Assembly (NCBI RefSeq): GCF_030028105.1
Contig: NC_092398.1
Coordinates: forward strand, 21,090,254 to 21,154,253
Length of the DNA stretch: 64,000 bases
Reading direction: 5' to 3'
From: Mobula birostris
Taxonomy: Eukaryota
In this document: piece by piece, positions 48,515 through 62,093 of the stretch
How the letters are laid out: every line of letters starts with the position of its first letter
Position numbering within the stretch: the stretch's first letter is position 1
The notes under the pieces: model-generated
The model's database searches: none
Told to the model about the DNA's origin: nothing
The model's input: the letters and a program-made list of their open reading frames with translations, nothing else
Translations under genes and position numbers: made by a program

Positions 48515-49552
48515 TCACACACTGACAACCGTCCTGGAGATGGCCTTGATGTGGGTGCTGCAGGCTGACTCTGTCGGCTCCTCAGCAAAGGCCAAACGGA
48601 GCGAGCTGGACAGGGAGCGCCGGAAGACCTGGCGGAAGTCACGGCCAGCGAAGACATAGAGGATGGGGTTCAGGGCGCTGTTGAGGGAGGCTAGGCCCAT
48701 GGACAATGTATCCCAGATGAAGGCCACTTGATGTTTGAAGAAAGCCTGAGCTAGGCTGCAGATGTGGTATGGGAGCCAGCAGATGAAAAAGGCAGCAACT
48801 ACAAATGCAATGAGGCGGATAGGCTTCCTGGTCTTGCTGGACTTGGCGAACTTGCCCCTCTGCAGCATTCGGCCGATCAGGAGGTAGCAGGATGCCATGA
48901 TGAGGAAGGGGAAGACGAAGGCAAAAAGGGCCCGTGTCACTTCCACCACCTCCCTGGTCCGGTCTCCAAAATATGTTCCGGTGTAGTTCAAGGTGCAGAA
49001 AATTAAGCCGAACTCAGAATCTATGTATATCTGCCGTGTCAGCAGAGTGGGCAGGCACATGAGGAAGGCGAGGCTCCAGGCCCCAAGGCAGGCCACACGC
49101 ACCCAAGGCAGGGACCGGTGAATCTGGGACCAAATGGGTCTAGTGACAGCCAGGCAGCGGTCGATGCTGATCATGGTCAATAGGAAGACACTGGCGTACA
49201 TGTTGAGGACGATGGCTGAGGGAAGGAGCTTACAGAGGACGTTGTCTCTCGGCCAGGTGTTTTCCAGGGCAATGTTAGCCATCTGGAAGGGGAGGGTGAG
49301 GCAGTAGGTCAGGTCTGCCACAGCCAGGTTCAGGAACCACACCGTGTTGACACTTCGTTTCATCTTGAAGCCTGTCACCCAGATGACAGCACCGTTGCCA
49401 GGGACCCCCAACAGGAAAGTGAGCGTGTAGACAAAGATGGACAAGATGGAGGATGCTGGCAGATGGGTCCCATTATCCATAGTTAAGAACTCATCGGTGT
49501 AGTTTTCAAAGGAAGTAATGTTGAAAATCTCAAAATATTCAGAACAGGACAT
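48515..49552 (-). CDS. C3a/C5a receptor-like GPCR, copy 4 (subtype B), 345 aa
   Basis: Intact ORF starting MSCSEYFEIF; 4 aa differences from copy 3 (R3C, H6Y, GRTL/GRML, IKTI/IKAI). Confidence 0.93.
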   Translation of the reverse strand: MSCSEYFEIFNITSFENYTDEFLTMDNGTHLPASSILSIFVYTLTFLLGVPGNGAVIWVTGFKMKRSVNTVWFLNLAVADLTYCLTLPFQMANIALENTWPRDNVLCKLLPSAIVLNMYASVFLLTMISIDRCLAVTRPIWSQIHRSLPWVRVACLGAWSLAFLMCLPTLLTRQIYIDSEFGLIFCTLNYTGTYFGDRTREVVEVTRALFAFVFPFLIMASCYLLIGRMLQRGKFAKSSKTRKPIRLIAFVVAAFFICWLPYHICSLAQAFFKHQVAFIWDTLSMGLASLNSALNPILYVFAGRDFRQVFRRSLSSSLRLAFAEEPTESACSTHIKAISRTVVSV

Positions 49553-49561
49553 GCTGAGCCT

Positions 49562-50941
49562 GGAAGAGAAGATATTGTGGAGGTGAGAGAGGTTGGGAGT
49601 GGAGGGAGGGGACAAGAAGAGAGATGGGTGAGGGAAAGAAGAGGGAAGGAGAGAGATGGGAGAGGGGAAAAGGAGGCAGGGAGAGATAGGGAGGGAAAAG
49701 AGGGAAGATAGGGTAAAAAAAAGAGAGTTTCATGGGAGAGGAGAGGTAGGTAAAGGTGATGGAGGCCAAAAGGGGGGTGAAGGGAGAAAGGGAGGGGGAG
49801 GGGAATGAACAACAGAGGAGGAACTGAAACGGCTGGATGAGGAGGTGCGAAGGGAGGATGTGAAGGGAAGAGAGGTGGATGGGTAAGGGGAGGATGGTGG
49901 GGCAGAGGAGACGGGGAAGGGAGGACAGGTGAAGATTGGTGAAGATGACAGGGGGATGAGGAATGAGGACAGTTGAGGAAAGGAAAGAGGAGTGAAATGG
50001 GAGAGGGACGGAGTAGACAAGGTGAGGAGAGGAGAGGAGGGAAGGGGATTATGGAGGGGGAGGGGAAGAGGGAAGAGGAGGGGAAATGGGAAGGAGAGAA
50101 GGATGAGGAAAGGGGAGGGTGAAGGAGATGGGGATGAGGAGGAAGAAAGAGGGGAGTAGGGGAAGGGAAGAGGAGGAAGAGGAAGAGGAGAAAGGAGAGG
50201 GGGTGGGGAGAACATGAGAGGAAGGGTTGGAGGAGAAAGGGGAGGGGAGGAGGAGGAGGGAAGAGGTGGAGGAGGGAGGGTGAGGATGAGGGAGGAAGAA
50301 TAAGAGCGAGGGGAAAAAGGAAGAGGGAGGGGAAGGAGGAGGATGGAATGGAAGGAGGATGAGGGTGTGCGAGGAAGTGGAGTGTGTACAGGGAGGAGGA
50401 GGGTGGAAAGGGAGGAGGTGAAGGAAGAAAGAGGGGAGGAGAAGAGAAGAAGAGGAAGAGAGAAGGTGAGGAGGAGAGAAGGCAAGGAGGAGGGAAGGGG
50501 AGGAGGAAGGAAGGGGAGGTGGATGAGCAGGGATGGGGATGGGGAGGGGAAAGAGGAGTTAAGCTGGAAGCATTGCGTAGGAGACGGAAATGGAGGGATG
50601 AAGGGTAAAGGGAAGCAGGGAAGGGGTAGAGATGGGGTGTGGTGAAGGGAGGTTGCAGTAAGTGTCAGGGACAAGCAAAGAGAAACGGGGACAGAGGATG
50701 TGAGGTGGAGTGGGGGAAGGGTTGAATGCACGAACGGTGGAAAGAATAAGGAAGGAAAGAGGGGAAGGTGAGTGACAAAGGGTGGAGGGGGTAGGGGAAG
50801 AGATGTCGAGTGCAGAAGGAACAGGGAGGGGAGGGGAATGGGAGTGAGCAGGGAGAGAGATGGGGATTGAACAAGGGAAAGGGGTGAAGGTGGAAAAGAA
50901 GGGTAAGGGAAGGATAAGGGGGAGAGACAGAGAGAATGGAG
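49562..50941. repeat. GA-rich low-complexity tract, unit 4
   Basis: As in unit 3. Confidence 0.95.
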
Positions 50942-51286
50942 GTCACAACCATCTCCCCCCTGACTGCCCCTCCTGCCCCACGGTGCTCACTCCTCACCAG
51001 CCCGCACATGGCGCATTGGCTCTCCTCCCTGTCAGCCCCCTCCAGCCCCACAGCAGAGACGGGAAATGGACGGGGAAGGGGGAGAAAGTGGTCTTCAGCG
51101 TGACGCTCCCTCCTCACCTCCTCATCCTCAGCACGGCACTCCCTCCTCACAGAAATGAAAGCAGTGTGCTCCTCCATCCTGCCCTCCCCACACCCACCCC
51201 CCGCACCCTCCTCACCATTCATCATCCGCTGCCGGCTCCTAGGGACCCCAGCTCCGGCATCCCTTCCTGGGACCCCACCAACTCAC

Positions 51287-51679
51287 CTTGGAGCCTGCTC
51301 CCCCTCTCGATGAAGTTCAGCCTCCCCGTAATCTCCGGCTCACTCCGTCCCCCGGGCAGCAGAGAGTTGCACCCAGATCCCAAACCGTTGCGACCACCGC
51401 AACCAATCCTGGACATGAACCGTGCAGAAACGAACGGAATCGCTGTCCTCCGCCCCCGGGAGAGCAGGGAAGGTGGAACAGGACGCTGGTGCGGGAGAGG
51501 TCCGGAGAGTGGAGTGGGTCCCGTCTGAGGCTGACAAACACATCGTTATGATTTCGTCACATTTTTAATCTCTGGTGTCCGGTTTATCAGCTCAGTTCCT
51601 CAAACTGAACTCAGCTGCGGACGGCAAGGCATTGAAGGGAAACCACAGCAGTTCCTGAATCAGAGAGAAAAGAGTAAAT
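51287..51679 (-). promoter_or_regulatory. Putative 5' non-coding exon and promoter, copy 4
   Basis: Same donor (intron 49560-51286) and motif cluster; AACCACA at 51641-51647. Confidence 0.55.
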
Positions 51680-52266
51680 GTCCCATCACATATTCCTGCA
51701 GTGAAGCACAGAGTGAACCTCCCTCCGCACCGTCCCATCACACACTCCCGGAGTCGGAAACAGAGTGAATCTCCCTCCACACCATCCCATCACACACTCC
51801 CCGGGTCAGACACAGAGTGAACCTCCCTCCGCACCGTCCCATCACACAATCCCGGGGTCAGAAACAGTGAACCTCCGTCCACACCGTCCCATCACACTCT
51901 TCTGTGGTCAGATACAGAGTGAAACTCCCTCCACACCGTCCCATCACACAATCCCGGGGTCAGAAACTGAGTGAATCTCCCTCCACACCGTTCCATCACA
52001 CTCTTCTGTGGTCAGATACAGAGTGAAACTCCCTCCACACCGTCCCATCACACACTCCCGGAGTCAGAAACAGAGTGAATCTCCCTCCACACCGTCCCCT
52101 CACATTCTCTCAGGGTCAGACACAGAGTGAAACTCCCTCCACACAGTCCCATCACACACTCCCGTGGTCAGACACACAGTGAAACTCCCTCCACACTGTC
52201 AATCACACACTCCCGGGGTTAGACACAGAGTGAAGCTCCCTCCAGACTGTCCCATCACACACTCCT
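51680..52266. repeat. 52-bp minisatellite, about 11 units
   Basis: Anchors 51713 to 52230. Confidence 0.95.
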
Positions 52267-52848
52267 GGTGTGCAGCTGGAAGATTAAGTCAATGGTTTGG
52301 GGAGGGGCGCAAGGTTGGTGGTGTGGGAGATATTCACAGTCATCAGTCACGAGATGCTGCCTGTTTGGCTCAGCTGGGGTCCACCATTGCGAGTTGTGGT
52401 TGTGTGCAAGAACTTTGGTTGTTGGGAGAGAGGCCGATCCCTCTGGGAGCAGAGGAACTCCTGCTGTACTGTTGGGTCGGTGGCAAGAGATGTCTGTGGA
52501 ACTGTGAGGTGCAAAGGAGCAAAGACTGTGACACTCCTATCATGAACACTTGCTGAACTCCCGCCCTTTCCCAGTTCCTTGCATGAAGAAAAAACGGGCA
52601 ATAACCTGGACATTTTATTTTAAAAGTCTGGGCTGCCCACAGTTGACCTCGGTGAGGAGATCTTCTCCCAAACTCTGGACCCGCACAGGAGACCATCACT
52701 ATCTTTGCCCCTACTCCACACCGCATGCATCTCCCCTTTCCTCAGCTGTGGGCTTGTTTTCAAAGCTATCATTTCTCTTTTTAGCCTGCAAAGCACTCCT
52801 GATGTCTGCTTTAATTTTAGTGCTACACTGTTTGCGGCAAACAATATT

Positions 52849-54105
52849 ATAGACAATAGGTGCAGGAGTGGGCCATTCGGCTCTTTGAGCCAGCACCGCC
52901 ATTCACTGTGATCATGGCTGACCATCCACAATCAGTATCCAGTTCCTGCCTTATCCCCATAACCTTTGATTCCGCTATCTTTAAGTGTTCGATCCATCTC
53001 TTTTTGAAAGCATCCAGAGACTTGGCCTCCACAGCCTTCTGGGGCAGAGCATTCCATATATCCACCACTCTCTGGATGAAAAAGATTTTCCTTAACTCCG
53101 TCTAAATGGCCTACCCCTTATTCTTAAACTGTGACCTCTGGTTCTGGACTCACCCATCAGCGGGAACATGCTTCCTGCCTGCAGCGTGTCCAATCCCTTA
53201 ATAATGTTATATGTTTCAATAAAGTCCCCTCTCAGCCTTCTAAATTCCAGAGTATACAAGCCCAGTCGCTCCAATCTTTCCACATATGACAGTCCTGCCA
53301 TCCCGGGAATTAACCTTGTGAACCTACGCTGCACTCTCTCAATAGCAAGAATATCCTTCCTCAAATTTGGAGACCAAAACTGCACACAGTACTCCAGGTG
53401 TGGTCTCACCAGGGCCCTGTACAGCTGCAGAAGGACCTCTTTGCTCTTATACTCAATTCCCCTTCTTATGAAGGCCAGCATGCCATTAGCTTTCTTCACT
53501 GCCTGCTGTACTTGCATGCTTGCTTTCAGTGACTGATGTACAAAAACACCTAGATCTCATTGTACTTCCCCTTTTCCTAACTTGATTCCATTTAGATAAT
53601 AATCTGCCTTCCCGTTCTCACCACCAAAGTGGATAACCTCACATTTATCCACATTAAACTGCATCTGCCATGCATCTACCCACTCACCCAGCCTGTCCAA
53701 GTCACCTTGCATGCTCTTAACATCCTCCTCACATTTCACACTGCCACCCAGCTTTGTGTCATCAGCAAATTTGCTAATGTTACTTTTAATTCCCTCATCT
53801 AAATCGTTAATATATATTGTAAACAGCTGCAGTCCCAGCACTGAACCCTGCGGTACCCCACTGGTCACCGCCTGCCATTCCAAAAGGGAGCCGTTAATCA
53901 CTACTCTTTGTTTTCTGTCAGCCAGCCAATTTTCAATCCATGTCAGTACTCTGCCCCCAATACCATGTGCCCTAATTTTGCCCACTAATCTCCTATGTGG
54001 GACTTTATCAAAGGCTTTCTGAAAGTCCAGGTACACTACATCCACTGGCTCTCCCTCGTCCATTTTCATAGTTACATCCTCAAAAAATTCCAGAAGATTT
54101 GTCAG
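52849..54105 (-). mobile_element. Young 5'-truncated CR1 LINE, duplicate of 34963-36220
   Basis: Same junctions and RT motifs. Confidence 0.95.
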
Positions 54106-57100
54106 AAGACAATGTTTATATTAGGATATAGGATAAAGATGAAATAAATAAAATGTATATTCAAAAGATTCAAAGTACATTTATTATGAAAGGATATATA
54201 AATGATACAACCTTGAGACTTGTCTGCTTCCAGAAAGCCGCAAAGCAAGGAACACAAAAGAACCAAAAGAACCCAATTAAAATATAAAGACCAACCCCCA
54301 ATGGGCATAGAAAGAAGGTGTTGTGGGGGGGCGGGGGTCCTTCCAAACAATGGAAGCGAGCATTCCAAAACAGATTGAATTCTTGGGTCTGTGACGGGGT
54401 CCTGAATTACCCCTAAGAACTGTGTTTTTGAAAAGAGAGAGAGAGCTATTTAACACCGACATCTTGTTTTTAAGAGAGAGAGAGGGAGACAAAGACTGCT
54501 CACAGTTTGTTTATACTTTCCCAAGGACATCGCCTGCTTGTACGTTCTTACAGACAGAGAAGGGAGGAGCTGTTATTTGAGAGATAGTTGGTACTCAGTA
54601 CGGGGAGATAAATAGAAGGTCAGATGATAGACCAGAGAGACATGGTTTTGGACACTGAATGAGCTTTGTTGTGCCCACAGAAAAAGTGGGTTTTGGAAGA
54701 TCGTTTAGGTGGATTGATCAGTGGCTCTCTCAGTGTGGAGAAGGTGTGACTGGTGGGGAGGTATTTGTGTGGCCAACCCTCACCTGGGTTGATTGCTCCA
54801 CCACAGAAGAACGGTCCCCTTTCTTGTGGTCACATCCGCTGTCCTCCCCATCTCTCCCTCAACTCCCCCCCAAAACCCCCATCCCCAGTCATATGATTCA
54901 GCATTATCATCCAAAAACAAAACGATACATGACCACCCATTGGTTAATAGCACCCTACTGTCTCTATTAACCCAAGCACCTGTCTAGCTGGAGACTTTCT
55001 CAGCATTTAACATAACAAAGAAGCCATTTAAAATTTAACATACAAAGAAACGAAAGACCCCGTACGCTTACTTATATATAATCAATGCTAATCTGTTTGA
55101 TTTACTGCATTTATTTTATCGTATTGCGTGGTTACTAATAAATTCCACCAGTTATTAGCAATACTGGACTCCAAGGTGTTTTCCATTTCTGCTGGTTCTT
55201 TAAACCCATCACGGGGTACGTGACCGTTGCCAACCACGGCTGATGAGCCCCATCTTCCCAAAGCAGGTAATGACGGAAAGTGAAACTCCAGTCAACAGTT
55301 TATTGTTGCCTTTGTGTTTAACAAGTACAATCCACCCCTACAGAGTGAGGGGTGAAGAGAAATCCATTCTCCAGGTGACCTGTTGTGTTGAATTAGACCA
55401 TAAAATCATAAGATGCAGGAGCAGAATTAGGCCATTTTGAGTCTTCTCAGCCATTCCATCATGGCTGATCTATTATCCCTTCCCATAGGATATATAGATA
55501 TTTCTGTGTGCATATATATAGATATTTTTGATGTATTTATTTATTTTTGGGGGGTTTGGCACGGAACAGTCCCTTCCAAGCCTTCGAGCTACGCCGCCCA
55601 GCAATCCCCCGATTTAAGCCCAGCCTAATCACAAAACAATTTATAATGACCAAACTAAACTGCTAACTCTCTTATCTGCTTCACCCTCCCTCCCACTCCC
55701 TATTCTCCCCTCTCCCATCCGGCTTCTCTCACATCTCCCTCCCTCTCCCCCTTCTCTCCATCCCTCCCCTTTCCTCCCCCTCCCTCCACCTCCACTCACT
55801 CCCTTTTCCCCTCCTTTCCTCTCCCCTCTCCCCTTTCAAGATACTAGAAGAGAGCCAGAAAATTGCAAGAGTGCTGGGAAGGAGCTCAAGAATGAAATGA
55901 GGAGAGCTAGAAGGGCCATGAAAAGGCCTTGCTGAGCAGGATTGAGGAAAACTCCAAGGCATTCTACAAGCAAGTGAAGAGCAAGAGGATGAGCCGTCTG
56001 AGAATAGGACCAATCAGGAGTGAGAGTGGAGACACGTGCATGGAGTCAGAGGAGGAAGATGAGGAACTTGATGAATACTTTGCTTCAGTATTCACCAGTA
56101 AAAAGCACCCTGGCAATTGTGGGGATAACTTAAAGTGGACTGAAATGCTTGAGTGTGTAGGTATCAGGAGAGAGGATGTGCTGGAGCTTTTGAAAGGTAT
56201 TGTGTTAGATAAGTAACCGAGACCAGGCGGGATATACCCAAATCTACTGTGGGAAGCAAGGGAGGAAATTGCTGAGCCTCTGGCGATGATCTTTGCATTA
56301 TCAATAGGGAATGAAAAAGTACCGGAGGACTAGAAGCTTGCAAATGTTTTTCTCTTTTTCAGGAAGGAAGTAGAGAAAACCCAGGAAGTTATAGACAAGT
56401 AAGTCTTACTTCAGTGGTGGGCAAGTTGTTGGAGAAGATTGAGAGGCAGTTTTATTGAGCATTTGGAGAGACATAATCTAATTTAGGAGTCAGCATGGCT
56501 TTATCAGGGACAGGTCATGCCTTACCAACCTGATTGAATTCTTTGAGGATGTTACAAAACAGAGTGATGAAGGTAGAGCAGTGGATGTAATGTGTATGGA
56601 TTTCAGTAAGGCATTTGATATGGTTCCCCATGCGAGGTTCATTCAGAAAATAATGAAGCATGGGATCTAAGGAGATCTTGCTTTGTGGATCCAGAATCCG
56701 ATTGACCATAGAAGGCAAAGGGTGGTTGTGGATCAGCGAAATCTTGGAGTCCATGCCCTAGGACACTCAAAGCTGCTGCGCGGGTTGACAATGTTGTTAA
56801 GAAGGCGTATGGTATGTTGACCTTCATCAACTGTGGAATTAAGATCAACAGTCATGAGGTAATGTTACATCTATATGTAATACCCTGGGAAAGGTTTCAC
56901 TGCTAATGTAATGGCTTTTCTGTAGCAGCAGTGTTTGGGCCATGGCTAGAGATAACTGTATCTTTGGAATATACACCATCCAATGAAGGGAGTGTTTTTT
57001 TCTTGTTGTGTGCCTGAGAACAAGGTGATCTGAGTCTTTTGTTCGGCGAGAGACGAAGAGTGAAGATGCCTGAAAGGAGAAGTTGTAGCCAGCAGGATGG

Positions 57101-59051
57101 AGTGGACTTGGAGTCGACAAAGCCCAGGGAAATCGATGGAGGACCAATGGAAGGGAAACTGTGAGCTCCAACTTGAGCACATTACACTGTCACATTAAAA
57201 TGGGCCCTTTTCTTTTTGCTTTCTTTACTAACCCTTTTGTCAAATTAAGAATTATAAAGCTAAATTGTTTACTTTCCATATGGTGTATTCTGTTATTTCG
57301 TGGTTCTGTTATTTCCGCTATTTCATGATAGTATCATTTTGTGGTAGTGTTATTTTGTAGTGTGCTGTCTGCTATTTTGTGTTACTGACCTGTAACGGGG
57401 GAACTGATCACACAGCATCCACACAAGCAAGGGGTTTTGCACCTCAGGTTCCACACGTTTGGTGGGCCAGAGACAATGTAACAAAACACATTGATGAAGG
57501 TAGAGCAGTGGATTTAGTGTGTATGGATTTCAGTAAGGCATTTAATAAGGTTCCCCGTGCGAGGTTCATTCAGAAAGTAATGAAGCATGAGATCTAAGGA
57601 GACCTTGCTTTGTGGATCCAGAATTGGCTTGCCCACAGAAGGCAAAGGGTGGGTGTAGATAGTTCGTATTCTGCATGCAGGACAGTGACCAGTGGTGTGC
57701 CTCAGGGAACTGTTCTGGGACCCCTCCTCTTTGTGATTTTTATAAATGACCTGGCTGAGGAAGTAGAAGCGTGGGTTTCTAAGTTTGTTGAAGATACATA
57801 AGTTGGGGTTGTTGTGTATAGTCTGCAGGCTTACGCCCTAGAGTTACGCCACCAGCCAATCCTCAGGGTTACATATATAATACGTGGTTAGATTCCACTT
57901 GCAGTACTGTGTTCAGTTCTGGACACCTCACTACAGGAAGAATGTGAATATTATAGAGAGGAGATTCACAAGGATGTTGCCTGGATTGGGGAGCATTCCT
58001 TACAAGAATAGGTTGAGTGAACTTGGCCTTTTCTCCTTGGAGCGACAAAGGATGAGAGGTGACCTGATCAAGGTGTATAAGATAATGAGAGGCATTGATT
58101 GTCTGGATAGTCAGAGGCTTGTTCCCAGGACTGAAATGGCTAATACAGGGGGGCATAGTTTTAAGGTACAGGGGGGATGTCAGAGGTAAGTTTTTCACAC
58201 ACAGAGTGGTGGGTACATGGAATGCACTGCTAGTGAAGGTGGTAGAGGTGGATACAATAGGGTCTTTTAAGGGACTCTTAGATAGGTAAATGGAGCTTAG
58301 CAAAATAGAGAGTTATGTGGTAGGGAAGTTCTGGGCAGCTTCTAGAGCAGGTTACTAGGTTGGCACAACATTGTGGGCCGAAGGGCCTGTACCGTGCTAG
58401 ATTTTCGAACTTCTATGTTCTATAGGTGGAGATATGGATAGCGTATGGGACTGGCAAAGCATACAGTGTGATATACTGATGATCAGTTGCAGCTATCGGC
58501 TGAGAAATGGCAGGTGGAGTTTTACCCAGATAAATGTGAGGTGCTGCACCTTGGTAGGGCAAATGCTGGGAGACAGTGCGCTGTTCAGGGCAAGATTCTT
58601 AATAGCGTTGCTGAGCAGAGAGATCTTGATGTCCAAGTTCATAGATCCGTGAAACTGTCAACACAGGTCAATAGGGTGTTTAAAAAGTTTTATGCGATGT
58701 TTGTTTTTAGTTCGCAGTGCATTGAGTTCAAGAGGTTGAGATACAACTTTATAAAAGTCAGGTTAGGCCACATCTGGAATAATGCATACAGTCCTGGTCA
58801 CCCGACAGAGGACGTTGAGCTTTGGAGAGGGCGCAGAAGAGGTTTACCAGGACGCTGCCTGGTTTCGAGGGCATGTACTATCAGGAGAAGGTGGAAAAAC
58901 CTGGAGTGTTTTCTTTGGAGCGACAGAGGTTCAGAGGAGACCTGGTTGAGGTTTATTAGATTATGAGAGACATAGATAGAATAGACAGGAAGTATCTTTT
59001 TCCCAGGGTAGAAATGTCTAACAGAGGGCATGCATTGGAAGTGAGATGGGG

Positions 59052-62000
59052 TAGAAACATAGAAACATAGAAAATAGGTGCAAGAGTAGGCCATTCGGCC
59101 CTTTGAGCCTGCACTGCCATTCAGTATGATCATGGCTGATCATCCACCTCAGAACCCTGCACCAGCCTTCCCTCCATACCCCCTGATCCCTTTAGCCACA
59201 AGGGCCATATCTAACTCCCTCTTAAGTATAGCCAATGAACTGGCCTCAACTGTTTCCTGTGGCAGAGAATTCCACAGATTCACCACTCTCTGTGTGAAGT
59301 TTTTCCTAATCTTGGTCCTAAAAGGCTTCCCCTTTATCCTCAAACTGTGACCCCTGGTTCTGGACTTCCCCAACATCGGGAACAATCTTCCGGTATCAAG
59401 CCTGTCCAATCCCTTTAGGATTTTATACTTTTCAATTCATCCCCCCTCAATCTTCTAAATTTCAACGAGTATAAGCCTAGTTCATCCAGTCTTTCATCAT
59501 ATGAAAGTCCTGCCATCCCAGGAATCAATCTGGTGAACCTTCTTTGTACTCCCTCTATGGCAAGGATATCTTTCCTCAGATTAGGGGACCAAAACTGCAC
59601 ACAGTACTCCAGGTGTGGTCTCACCAAGGCCTTGTACAACTGCAGTAGTACCTCCCTGCTCCTCTACTCGAATCCTCTTGCTATAAACGCCAGCATACCA
59701 TTCGCCTTTTTCACCGCCTGCTGTACCTGCATGCCCACTTTCAATGACTGGTGTATAATGACACCCAGGTCTTGTTGCACCTCCCCTTTTCCTAATCGGC
59801 CACCATTCAGATAATAATCTGTTTTCCTATTTTTGCCACCAAAGTGGATAACTTCACATTTATCCACATTAAATTACATCTGCCATGAATTTCCCCACTC
59901 ACCTAACCTATCCAAGTCACCCAGCATCCTCCTCACAGCTAACACTGCCGCTCAGCTTCGTGTCATCCGCAAACTTGGAGATGCAGCATTTAATTCCCTC
60001 ATCCAAGTCATTAATATATATTGTAAACAACTGGGGTCCCAGCACTGAGCCTTGTGGTACCCCACTAGTCACCGCCTGCCATTCTGAAAAGGTCCCATTT
60101 ATTCCCACTCTTTGCTTCCTGTCTGCCAACCAATTCTCTATCCACATCAATACCTTACCCCCAATACCATGTGCTTTAAGTTTGCACACTAATCTCCTGT
60201 GTGGGACCTTGTCAAAAGCCTTTTGAAAATCCAAATATACCACATCCACTGGTTCTCCCCTATCCACTCTACTAGTTACATCCTCAAAAAATTCTATGAG
60301 ATTCGTCAGACATGATTTTCCTTTCACAAATCCATGCTGACATTGTCCGATGATTTCACCGCTTTCCAAATGTGCTGTTATCACATCTTTGATAACTGAC
60401 TCTAGCAGTTTCCCCACTACCGATGTTAGGCTAACCGGTCTATAATTCCCTGGTTTCTCTCTCCCTCCTTTTTTAAAAAGTGGAGTTACATTAGCCACCC
60501 TCCAATCCTCAGGAACTAGTCCAGAATCTAAAGAGTTTTGAAAAATTATCACTAATGCATCCACTATTTCTTGGGCTACTTCCTTAAACACTCTGGGATG
60601 CAGACCATCTGGCCCTGGGTATTATCTGCCTTTAATCCCTTCAATTTACCTAACACCACTTCCCTACTAACATGTATTTCGCTCAGTTCCTCCATCTCAC
60701 TGGACCCTCTGTCCCCTACTATTTCTGGAAGATTATTTATGTCCTCCTTAGTGAAGACAGAACCAAAGTAATTATTCAATTGGTCTGCCATGTCCTTGCT
60801 CCCCATAATCAATTCACCTGTTTCTGTCTGTAGAGGACCTACATTTGTCTTAACCAATCTTTTTCTTTTCACATATCTATAAAAGCTTTTACAGTCAGTT
60901 TTTATACTCCCTGCCAGTTTTCCCTCATAATCTTTTTTCCCTTCCTAATTAAGCCCTTTGTCCTCCTCTGCTGAACACTGAATTTCTCCCAGTCCTCAGG
61001 TTAGCCACTTTTTCTGGCTAATTTGTATGCTTCTTCTTTGGAATTGAAACTATCCCTAATTTCCCTTGTCAGCTATGGGTGCACTACCTTCCTTGATTTA
61101 TTCTTTTGCCAAACTGGGATGAACAATTGTTGTAGTTCATCCATGCGATCTTTAAATGCTTGCCATTGCATATCCACCGTCAACCCTTTAAGTGTCATTT
61201 GCCAGTCTATCTTAGCTAATTCACGTCTCATACCTTCAAAGTTACCATTCCTTAAGTTCAGAACCTTTGTTTCTGAATTAACTATGTAACTCTCCATCTT
61301 AATGAAGAATTCCACCATATTATGGTCACTTTTACCCAAGGGGCCTCTCACGACAAGATTGCTAATTAACCCTTCCTCATTGCTCAAAACCCAGTCCAGA
61401 ATAGCCTGCTCTCTAGTTGGTTCCTCGACATGTTGGTTCAAAAAACCATCCCGCATAGATTCCAAGATATCCTCTTCCTCAGCACCCTTACCAATTTGGT
61501 TCACCCAATCTACATGTAGGTTGAAGTCACCCATTATAACTGCTGTTCCTTTATTGCACACATTTCTAATTTCCTGTTTAATACCATCCCCAACCTCACT
61601 ACTACTGTTAGGTGGTCTGTACACAACTCCCACCAGCGTTTTCTGCCCCTTAGTGTTATGCAGCTCTATCCATATCGATTCCACATCTTCCCAGCTTATG
61701 TCCTTCCTTTCTATTGCGTTAATCTCCTCTCTAACCAGCAATGCTACCCAACCTCCTTTTCTTTCATGTCTATCCCTCCTGAATATTGAATATCCCTGAA
61801 TGTTGAGCTCCCATCCTTGGTCACCCCGGAGCCATGTCTCTGTGATCCCAACTATATCATAATCATTAATAACAATCTGCACTTTCAATTCATCCACCTT
61901 GTTACGAATGCTCCTTGCATTGACACACAAAGCCTTCAGGCGCACTTTTACAACTCTCCTATCCCTTATACAATTATGTTGAAAAGTGGCCCTTTTTGAT

Positions 62001-62093
62001 GCTTGCCCTGGATTTGTCGGCCTGCCACTTTTACTATTCACCTTACTACTTTTTGCTTCTACCTTCATTTTACACCCCTCTGTCTCTCTGCAC
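59052..62093 (-). mobile_element. CR1 LINE near-complete ORF2 pseudogene, duplicate of 41158-44215
   Basis: Same junctions and motifs; additional stops and deletions. Confidence 0.95.
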
